Of a DNA stretch of 64,000 nucleotides, positions 14,540-25,900 are shown one piece after another. Each line of letters opens with the position of its first letter. Position 1 is the first letter of the stretch. This stretch comes from Azolla caroliniana. Its lineage: Eukaryota; Plantae; Polypodiophyta. The stretch covers positions 15,872,001 through 15,936,000 of the forward strand of contig JBHGNT010000011.1 of NCBI GenBank assembly GCA_043228905.1. The letters are read 5' to 3'. The translations under genes were made by a program, and so were the position numbers. Under the pieces are notes generated by a model. The model was given only the letters and a program-made list of their open reading frames with translations. It was not told where the DNA came from and ran no database searches.

Positions 14540-17455
14540 TTGGGCAGCAGAAAGCAGGTTCTTGCATTCACATTCAAATGGTGGTGGTCTAGTTTTGGTT
14601 TGGACGATGTCCGGACAACCACGGTGTGAATGGAAACCCATCATCACCCACACACACCTCACAACTGGCTTTCCCGACGGAAGGCACCCCCACCCCACCC
14701 ACCCTGTCACTCGAACTCCCCGCTGCCGATGCCGGACACAGGACATCCCACATCATCTACATACCTCTACACCTTGGTAGACGAAATGACTAGGTGATAT
14801 TTACTTGTCTCTCCACACATCTAGCCTGCTCGAAGACGGCACCCATCTATTGCAATCCATGCGATCGTTAATCATTAATAGCCTCTTTGTGGGGACGTTG
14901 GTTGTCGAGACTTTGTATATATGTGTATGTGTATTGTGCGAACCCTTCTTTTCTTAGAGCAATCTCCTTCGCCCTGCGGCCTTTGCCGCTTCCACGGGTT
15001 TGGGCTGGGAAGGTCTCAGCATACTTGTCTAAGACGAGTACGTAGAGATCTCCATGGTACCGTTTAGTGTATGAGAGGAGGTATCAGTAAACACGCACAA
15101 TAGTATCTATCACGGAAAGCCGTGCCTTCTTGGACAGACTCTCGAAAGTGACTTATAGCCCGATGTTCATAGAAGGAAGTGTGTGAGAGATACCCAACCA
15201 AAATTTGATTGATAGTATGTATGTGTATGTGCATAGATTGACATATTCTCATTCGTGAGGTTTCCCATTCGAATGAGTATACGAATGCCTGGGTCAAGTA
15301 TTCGTTTAAAAAAAAGAGAGTACATGAACCTCCTTTTTAGTTTACTAGGATATAAAAAAAGGATACTTAACTATAAAAGAGGTACTTCACACTAATAAAA
15401 ATTTATAGTAAATGTAAAGGTATTCGTTTTATTTTTAATAAATAACTAAAATAAAATAAAGGAGAGTTAATACTAATTATATTTTTATAATCTACTAATG
15501 AATGGTTGCTCCTTTTTTAGTTTTTGTTTTCATTTTAAAAAAATTAATTAATTAATTTTTGTACATTTATATAATGCAAAACGAATGGTTTTATAATATT
15601 CTTGGGGCCATTTTGTATTCTCGAATATTGCAAATCTCGTTCATGGAGAATATCACGAATATCACACATGTGTCAATGTATGTGTATGTACATATATGAT
15701 GGTACCATCGTGCGCTTTTGTGGAGTAGTGTGAGGATATAGTTTTGTTTGAATCTACACAGCCATATGTATGTACATACTTAACCTTGGTTGTCATCAAT
15801 ATTGGCCCTACTACCCCCATACCAAAATAACCTAGATGTAGGTGATCATGATGTGTGTTGAGCCACCCTGTATAGAAAATAAAATAGGTTTAGAGTTGTT
15901 CATCATGTGTCCCATGTCTTAAACCATTTTTAGGTGACACATACCTACCCAATACACAAAGAGGACTTTGCTTTCGTTTGTTTTATGTGGCTTTGTAGTT
16001 GGATTTTCAGGAGCATTGTGTTTGAACTTGTGTTGTCATTTATTCACCTTGTTTAGATATCTATAGGCTCTCATGATTGCATTGAACTTGTGTGGCCTCA
16101 TTTTGGTTTATGTGAATATCATCAATGGGGCATCATTTTGATCCCTATTTGCCATTGTAGAAACATCTCACATTGCCTAAATGTCGTCCTTGTTTACTTT
16201 GGGTATTTGCATGGAATATACTTTTACTAACAAGGTGTGAATGTGCCACACAGTTTATTTTTAAAAGATTTTCTTCGATAGTATTAAGAAAACAATGGTT
16301 GAAGGCTACAACTTGAACCTAGATGCCCAAGAGGCTACAACTTTTTATATACAATGATGTAAAATAACCTAGGACCAAATATCGAACTTCGTAGAACATG
16401 TTGAAATTTTTTGATATTCAAGAAAGATTCAATGGAAGTTGATAGTGCCATTGAGGCCCTTGAGTTGACATTTGTAAACAAGGGCAACTTTTTCCATAAG
16501 TGAAGAAGCTTTTTCCTTCTTGTTTACAATGTGCCACATAGTTTACTGCTTTGGTATTTGGTTCAATTTGATAGATATCACTCATCTTACTTTGACTCAA
16601 TGCTCTAGGCATGACATGTTCACTATTCGTGGGTAGACAACACTAAGATACTTGACGGAGTACATTACTTCAAAGAGCTGTCCCTCATAAGTAAAATGAG
16701 GAATCAAGATATATCTACGGTGGTTTGGTTTAGATTGTCATTTTGTAGGTTTTATCTAAGTTGACAAGAGGCTTCTTGTTTGGCAAAAGTCTTTAATGAC
16801 ACACTTGTTTGAGGGAATGGACTTTGATGTGCGACCATGTCCATGTGCAGATATTTTAATGATAAAAAAGGTAATAAGGGTTAAACAATCCTATATGAGC
16901 CAATGCTCACACTTGATTTATGGTCAAGACGTGGACACCAATAAAGTAATCGAGATCTAAGTACAAATAGGGAGACACTAAATTAATATAATATACAACA
17001 AATCAAAACACGATTTTTGGGTGACGACACTACACTAATCAAACAACATCATCACTAATAATACAAGGTGCATGAAGCAACAATGGAGTTCATCAATTTT
17101 GATTTATTAGGGACACATTCTAGAGTTGAAAACTTACAACTCGAATCACATACTAACAAGAAAAACAACCATCCCAGTGAATAGACTCTCAAGGGTATAT
17201 AAGATTATTAATTTCGTAAGTGGTTGATCATAAGTTTATGAAATTCACAACTGGGATATGAATTTCATGGAGGGGGAGAGTACATACAAACAACATGGGG
17301 GCATGATGTTTTGATATGGCCATTATTCAAGAATGTCCATATGGATAGATACAAGTCTCGAAGCTTATGGAATAATCAAGATGATATCCATGGAATAATC
17401 AAGATGGTATCCGTGGACCAAACCTATGGACCAAATGAAGATGATAACAAGAAAC

Positions 17456-18598
17456 TTACACCACACGGCCACAAAGTCCTCCTTTTTGGAGGGTGAGCAC
17501 GAAAGGATCATTGCAATCATTGTAGATTCCTAGGGATTCAGCCTTATTGAGGAACCGTGACAAGATGGCTCGGTTTAGGGTCGGTCGACGCGACAGGACG
17601 AAGAGGGACCTGGACACGGTGCCGGCGAACGCGGAGCACGAGTAGACGAGGGCGGCCGAGTAGGATGGGTGGGAAGGCGTCCCGGAATTGACCAAGTCGA
17701 TGATCCAGTAAGGTGCGGACGTGACACTGATGGGCGTGACACTGATGGCCACGCGGAGCTTACCCGCGGACGTGGCGGGGTCGGGCTGGGTAATGGTGCC
17801 GTTGACGAACGTGACAGGACCCCTGTAGTTGGGCTGCCCGTTGGAGAGGAGGGCGGACGCGGCGGTGCGGATGGCTGCCAGGGCAGCCGAGGCAGCGGCA
17901 GACGTGGCTCGGATGCGCACGGCCGCCGCCTTCTGCTCGATGCTGCCTTTGAAGAGCTCAGCCGCGAAGAGGTCGAGCGTCTCGAGCCTCCGGGCCGCAG
18001 ACTGGGCTGCGTTATTCAGGGCCGCCACGGTCCGCTGGAGCCCATCGGATCTCGAATTTGGATTGTACCCGCCTTCGTTTATCTTCCCATTGAGCAGCTG
18101 TATGTGGGTGATGTCGTCCGAGAGCTTGGACAGGGCCGCGCTGGCCGCAGCCGCGGCGCGCGCGAGCTTCCACGTGGCGTTGCCCGATTGGGCCACATCG
18201 GCGCACGCCTGGCGTGCCGCGGCACAGATTCCACGCGTGGCCACATTGATGGCCACAACCCCGAGGATCGCCTCGTCCGACAACACTTTCTGGCCGCTGT
18301 TGAGAAGGCGGACACTGCCCCCCTCTGAGGAGCTGTAGAAGGCTTGGTTGCAGCGTAGCCCCGCTTCCGAGAGGAACTTGAAGCTCGCGGTGCTCCCGAT
18401 CTCGTACCAGCGGCCCAAGTAGGCGGTCAGATTGAGGGTGTCGACGGTGGGCGGGTTGGGGCAGGTATTGCTGGACGCAGACCTCAAGCAGAAGCCACTC
18501 TCTTTGGTACCATGCCCATCAACAATTTGGCTTGAGCTGCATAGTGATAGCACACACATGATGAGCAATGCCATCATCCTTACACAATTCATCTTCAT
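17456..18598 (-). CDS. Secreted apolipoprotein-D-like lipocalin with a large Ala-rich helical insertion (380 aa, intronless)
   Basis: A signal peptide ([22 protein letters not shown]) precedes lipocalin motifs CPNPP..[14 protein letters not shown] (SCR1), [19 protein letters not shown] and [10 protein letters not shown] (SCR3), and a C-terminal Cys. A TATA box at 18716-18708 implies the start is 18598 rather than 18694. Confidence 0.9.
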   Translation of the reverse strand: [380 protein letters not shown]

Positions 18599-18707
18599 CT
18601 TCCTTATCCTTCTCTTTCTCTTTCTCTGTGTGTTTGTGTGTGTGTCTTCCTGTCTCTCTATTTCTTGTGAATCTACTACTACAATGAAATCCATACAATG
18701 GCCCTGC

Positions 18708-18716
18708 TATTTTATA
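18708..18716 (-). promoter_or_regulatory. TATA box of the lipocalin gene
   Basis: CTATAAAATAG on the minus strand, ~110 bp upstream of the proposed ATG. Confidence 0.6.
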
Positions 18717-19067
18717 GTGGAAGGAAATTGTCCACATCTGCTTTCCTTTGTCAAATGTCCGCATTCACACCTGCTGGCCCCTTGGAACGGAGCCTAGCCT
18801 TTTAATATGGTGCTCTCCCTCCTACTATGCTGCCACACGCTTCCATAGCTATCTATGCATGTGATGATGCCATTTGTGCGATGTCTCTCTCATTTCCATG
18901 CTTCTTGTTAGCTGTGAATTTCTATCGATTGTCACGCACATGTGGCTCATCGGTTAGGAATTGTTGTCATTGTCTCTCTCATTTCCATGCTCGCGTGCCC
19001 CTTGAGATTTAGCTATACCATCGGCATTACGCCTTTCCACCAACTATTCTCTTCTCTAGCCTAACTA

Positions 19068-19084
19068 CATAATGGTATCAGACC
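19068..19084 (+). mobile_element. LTR-end/PBS signature (tRNA-iMet) of a decayed LTR retrotransposon
   Basis: ...ctaCA taa TGGTATCAGA matches LTR 3' CA plus the canonical PBS TGGTATCAGAGC. No intact ORF follows. Confidence 0.45.
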
Positions 19085-22000
19085 ATGGACTTCCAAGCAT
19101 TTGCTGTAAGCTAGTCACTATAAGGTAAGATACATGTTATGATCTGATAACCCCCTAACCCAACCCCCATTCTAACTTAATAGATTCTTAAGCTTCTTAC
19201 ACATAAAGGGAGGAACCCACCAATGCTAGAAAGCAAAATCGTGTATCTTTGGTGAAGGATAAATGGGAATGTAACGAGCATGTATTTGTTAACATAAAAT
19301 ATAAATGGGCTTCGGTTGTTTCATTACAAATGATAAATGGGAACCATATGGGTGCACACAGTTAACATGAAAATAAATGGATTATGGTTGTTTAGTTCCA
19401 TGGAAACACAAACACGTCGTGTGTCTCGTGTTTCAAGGATGTTGGCAATTAAGTTTTTATATGTTTCAAGAGTATCAAATTAATGAATTGTCTAAACATA
19501 AATGCTATATAGTCAATATATTTCATCCACATACCCATGAGTTTTTTGGTGGTTGGGTGTGTGTGCGTATGCTATGAGGACATTGAACTCAACCGCTCAA
19601 AGATCAACATTACTTCACATGCACGCATTGAATTCAAGCCACACCAAATAGTGAGTGTTGGAATACATTCCCAAATTATATTCCAATGCTACATGTACAC
19701 AAAACTATATTAAGAATCCCATGTCCATTATATTTAATCATCCATCTAGATGCACACACCTTAACTTATAAAGAATTCAATGTGCGCTTCAAAGGTATGT
19801 AGATCTTGACCATATCCACATGTTAAATTGTCCCTAAATATAATGCATCAGGGTATTGTACTTTAAAAGAAGTACTTTAACCAGCATGTCAACCAATGAG
19901 GAATAACAATATTTAGTTAGAGTGTCTTTTGGCAACTTTGCCATCTTATTTGGATTATTACTAAATTAGACAATGAGTGATGGAAGGATGTTTCTCCATC
20001 GTCATATTAGCTTGCAATCACATAGACTTTAGATCTAATGTATTTTCTTGTCATACCACTACTCATGATTGAAGAATGGAAGATGACATGAATATAATTA
20101 AAGAATATTGAACATTGAAATTTACTTTTGCAGCTTGTATTTTTAGACAATCCACACACTCCTCTCTACCGTGATATAGATTATTGAATACACATTTGTC
20201 AAGTTTGCTCATTTATGGAGGTGCTTGAGCCACCTAATCATCTGAAATTTTCTTCATGTGTTCATTCTCATATAAGCAATATATGTCCCTTTGTATTAAT
20301 ATCGAATAATGACAAACTTAGCAGTCATTGGTCTTTCTCAAACCCCTACATCCTTATTTTACTACGAATTTGATGCTTACTCTCTCACAAGGAATAGTAA
20401 TGATAATGTATGGTGATATTAATGTTGTTCTCATGGATTAATCGTTTATTAGTCAACACCCCTCAAATGCAACGTATACAAGTGTCATTTTCTCCATTAC
20501 TGTTTAAACTTCACACAAGCCGACCGAAACTTTCTTCGAATTTCACAATCTTGTTCACATACATACTAATTTCTTAACCTCTAAAAGAAATGAAATTCAT
20601 GTCTTCATAAGATAAATTTCCAACTTTAAAAGGAATCTTTGCCAACTCATGCCGAAGAGAGTAAGTGCTCGATATCCAAAAACAATGACACAAAATAAAA
20701 AAGTCAACATTGTAGTTTCATTACTTTTTCCGTAAAGTAATAGTATAGTTGTATTAGAGAATATAAACATTTTTCTTGGATCATAAGTCAATTATGATTT
20801 TCAGCAAATAATTTAATTGAACCAATTTCTCAAATTAATTGCATTACAAGGAATATGAATGGTTAACTACATATCCACGCTCTCCCAATCAAGACCAACC
20901 AAAATTTTTATTTTTTTAAATTTTTTCCGTGAAAATACAACATATTCAATAATTGAAATAATTCAAGCATTTCTTACATCTTCCGAACATGAAGCCATGG
21001 TGGTAGAAAATAGTGCTCGGCAAACCTTTTGACTCCTACCGGAAGTGTTCCTACTACTCATCAACCTAACTAAAATTTTAAAGTTTTAATTGGTGACACT
21101 AAAGGGCGGTTTGTGCCTGTAAGTGACGACGACGAAGATGGTGACGGTGACAACAATGATGGTTTCGACAAAGAAGAAGGTAAAATGTAGCCTATCTACA
21201 AGTTGCAGGATGGAACGTGGTGCGAGTCTCATCATATCTCCTAGAGGTCATCCTGTGCATGTATCTCACTCGTACCATTCGGTACACCCCCTAATGGACT
21301 ATGTACTGCTAATAAAACATGACTTCGTGTGAGTTGTAGCCTTCGGGCAAGCCAAAAAGATAAAAAAAATACTAAAGTAGTATCTATAAATGGAAAAAAA
21401 ATAAATTTGGTTGTTTTCATATGAGTGTTCGTGTCATCCAAGACAATGATATGCCGAATAACAAAAAAAAACCATAGTGCATGGATTGCATCTATTCTAA
21501 TAAGAGTTTCAAAGTAAAAACTACATTATCATTCGTAATTAGAAGATGTGCATAAACAAGATTCTCTTTACAATGAGATTCAATAATCTATTTGTATGGT
21601 GACCCATTCACCGTACATATGTGAATGCATAATCCAAGGTAGTAAAAAGCTTAAAAATGTGGAATTCCCCATATTATTGACCTAAACATTATAATCAATG
21701 TACATAAAGTTATACACATAAATTGCAAGAGCATGCTTTTTGGTATGAGTTGCTGAACTCTAGATGCCCACTAGCAATCAAAGATTTAAACATAAAGGGT
21801 GATGTCCCATTATGTTCCCAAAATCATAATCACCGGGAAAGCACTAGGTTGTATGCCCATCACCATTAGTGCAGCAAGATTCTTCAAAATGTTTAGGCTA
21901 TTTAGAAGACCAAGTAACTCATTCACCAATGATTCAAATATGTGGGTACAAAAATGTCATTGTTCTTTTCATGATAAGTCCTTCAAAGAAAGTCATGTAA

Positions 22001-22923
22001 TACGTATATATTTTGAAAAAGGCAACACATGCTCCAAGATTTCAAAAGGAAGACCAAATAAACATAGTAGTGCGTTATGAACAAATATGTATACATTTAT
22101 ATTTCATAACCTTATGTGAACATATTTATGGATAACCTCCAAAAACTTTTTAAGCCCATGCAATCATAATGAAACTGCAAACTGCCGCCCATGCAATTAG
22201 CGCACATTCATATCGCCATGCTCATATATTTATATGAAAAGTACATCAATGTAAAGTGAAAGAAAATCGAGGCTTGACTAAAAAGTTAGTACTAAGGGCC
22301 ACTAGGTGGTGAACTGAATTTTCTTACCGAATAATAGGAATTTCTATTTTTTTGTCATTTGAATACCATTTAAGTGTCTCAGAATGAAGAAAATGATAAA
22401 ATAGAACATTTTGTACCTCTCCCCTTCCCTTTTATTCCGTTTTCTTTGGAAAAATGCAGGTCTTACTACCAACGATGATATGGTTTCTGGACATAGGACG
22501 TCTGAGGTCTCTTTGGTTTCTTTATTAGACATGTTGTTTAGTTATTTTTGCATCGTATAGTAAATTTTATAATTACCCATCAAAGAAAAAAAAGAGAGAA
22601 AGACAGTTTGTCCAAGGCCAAGTAATCTACTACTATCTGAGACTGCAAAGTTTAAATAGCAAGAAAAGCATGATGTATTTACAATTTCATAAATTTGAAC
22701 TCCAACCACCAAGATCATGGAAGTAAAAAATAAAACAATTACCTAAATCTGGAAGGAAGTAAAAATAAAACAATTACATAAAACTTGAAAGGAAATGAAA
22801 GCCAGCTGAGTTGACTTTACTTATGTCTTCTATGATTTCCATCCCAGCACCCATCCCTTGTTCCTTCAAACATACTCCAAAAAGAACACTTTTAGCACAT
22901 TATAGCACACATACTATTTTGTT

Positions 22924-25900
22924 CTAGTTTTGTTCACATCGAAGAGCGATTGCCTTGTAATCCTGCACTGTTTTCGTAATAGCTTCTTCTACAGGTAGTC
23001 TCTCCATGCTTGATGCTCCATAAAATCCATGCACTCCAGATGCCTTTTGTAGGATAAATGCAGCTTCTTTGGGTCCAGATATTGGGCCTACCACATCAAA
23101 TAAGTATAAATGACCAACCTAATGTTCAAAAAAGAATAATTTATATCTCAATATTTGAAGGTTTTGTTTGAGACATCCCCAAATTTGAAGGATTCAATTA
23201 GGGGTATTTTCAAAGGAGAAATGATCACCAATTTCTGCACTTGAACTTCATATCTCCTATGAGGGATACTACGTGGAATGCAAGGGAAGACATCTATGCA
23301 AAAAAAAATCCTGGGGTAACATATTTGGGCGAAGTGACCTTCCACATGATGATTCAGAAGAGAGTAGTTTTTACATGGGGTCTTAAACAGAATACAACAG
23401 TTAAGATGTGAAAACACCATATGTGTAGACCAATATTGGTTATACAGAAAATTATGTTGGTTTAAGATTTCCAAGAAACATAAAAATGGTCTTTGCATAG
23501 TGTAAACATCACTTGTTATGGGGCAGAGTCTGATGATTTTAATCTCCATACTGGAGCACAAACTTGATGGCACCCTTCAATTTCAAAGTTTAACAAAAAA
23601 GTGATTTATGAACACTGCAAGACCAATGGTTTAATTGTAACTGTGCAGAGTTGAAAGTTGATTTTCAGATATTGCAAGTTCAAAATTTTAAGGTTTTGCT
23701 GACAGCAATGTTTCAAAGTGGTCTTTAGCTATGGAAACTGCATATATTTCATTAAACTAGAAATATTTTATTGAAATTGATGAAAGCTAACTGATATGTG
23801 GCTATACAAAGCTTTCAAAAGCGGGACGTATTTGCAATCTTACCTCCATGACAAAGAACTATAATATCTGGGTTTATCTTATGAGCAGCATCCGCAATTT
23901 TCTTGACCTGTGTGACACTACTCTCCAATGACAAAGCAGTTTTTGCTCCTATTGACCCTGACGTTGTGAGACCCATATGGGCGACAATAATGTCTGCACC
24001 TGCTTGGGCCATTGCAGCAGATTCAGCTTCATTGAAAGCATAGGGCGTGGTCAAAAACCCCATCTCATGTGCTTTTCGTATCATATCTACCTCTAACCTG
24101 CATTAAAAACCACCAAAATAAGTAGCACTGCACAATTAACCTACTAAAGATGAATGATTAATGAAAACATATAGCAATCTAAGAGTTTTCCTCTCCACAA
24201 CCATAAATCCAGGCCCATAAGCATTACATGCAGAAATATTTTAAAGTAAACTGAAATGTATAAGTATGATATTAAACTATAGTATACAAATTGAAATATA
24301 ATACATCAACGTCAATGTAAATGTTGGGTGGACCATGGTGGAAGGATGCCAGGAAAGAAATGTTTGAAATTGGGTACAGAGAGCAAGAAAAATCAGCAAA
24401 CATTCAAAAACTTGCAATGAAAGAGACGCGCAAGAATGAAGGTAATTTAGGGCAGGGGAACAATTCAATTTATGGACGTAAAACCTGTGAGGAAAAACAG
24501 TTATAAAGAAAAAATTGGAAATGGTGTAAACATGAGGAAGGCAATAAGAGAAGAAATGCACAAGGTTCTCCATATATATCAACAAACCCTAGGTCCAGGT
24601 CTAGACCACAGTTGTCAATAGGCCATGTAACAGGTAATGGGCATTCTCTAGTCTCAATTAACTTCTTTATAGTTAGGCATATGTTCTTATGGTTTGACCC
24701 AGAGTAGGTTTCTAACCTTCAATGTATTATCATTAACTATCTAAATTGATCAGTTCCTAGCATTGTGCTTATACAGCTCAATTCAGTATTAGAAGACATA
24801 ATACTTACTTCAAATACGCTTAGCCTAGAAAAAGTAATAAAAATACCCATAGCCCATTCCAGTTTCTTCCAAATTCTGCCTGAAGTTCCCATCAATAAGA
24901 CCCACTGTTGGGAAATTCTGAACACCCGCAAATCCAATGTCTTCAAGTTTCTTCAGAAACTTGTCCATTTTTCTGAAAGGATCTGATGCACATACCCCAG
25001 CAAGCACTGGTACATTCTTTACAACCTGCACATCAAAGTTTTTTTCTAATTGCGATTCCTTGATACTTAACCTTGTATCACCATGAACTTTTACGCCATC
25101 AATGCTGAAGTCAAGCAGACTCTACCGGTATCACTTCATCTGCCATTTCCACTACAACAGCATTTGCATCTTTGTAGGGCATAAGACCTGATAAAGAACC
25201 CCTTCCTGCCATCCGAAAACGACCTGAATTATAAATGACAATTAAATCAGCACCTCCTTCCTCCTCAAACTTCGCAGATATTCCTGTACCAGCCCCTGCT
25301 CCAATCACGGGAATTCCCCTAGAAATCTGTTGCCGCAGCCTTTCCAGGACAGATTGTCGAAGCCTCAACGTTTCTGCAGAAGCACAATCAAAATGACATG
25401 ATCCAATACATGGCCATGAGCATCATCTCATATATTCAGAAGAAGTCTTAGACATTTTCCTAGCTGGGAAAGATGTTGGGGTCTAACTCATATGCAACAC
25501 TTGATGTTTCTCACTTACTTCCAGTATATAAAACGGATTACTTCAAATGACCCAAAACCATTTCATTATCATGATATCCCTCTCACTCTCTTTCTCACCT
25601 TTGTAAGAAATCATGGAGTACACGCCACCATGATTTCTAACAAAACAGGCCACTGTTCCTCACGTTTCCTAATGGTAGATATACATGAAAATTATTATTA
25701 ATACATAATTGTGAGCATTCGTCTTGTACACAAGAACTATTAGACATTCTCTGCAGCCTCTTTCCCCAGTGGTTAGTGAGTTCCAAGTTATCCACTTCTA
25801 CAGGCAACCCCTAGACTTTTTGTGTTAGAAAGGGCAGTAATCTAAACAGGGAAAAGGAGAGAGAAAGTAAAAGAACCTGGTCTGGCATCCGGAGAAATTG

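Noticed and set aside
17669-18338. Long antisense/overlapping ORFs (219 aa, 169 aa) over the lipocalin
   Set aside because: These are an expected by-product of high GC content. They have no recognisable motifs and use non-ATG starts.
18599-18694. 32-aa N-terminal extension in the 412-aa ORF call
   Set aside because: The ATG lies ~14 nt from the TATA box, probably upstream of the TSS, and the extension is microsatellite-derived and would mask the signal peptide.
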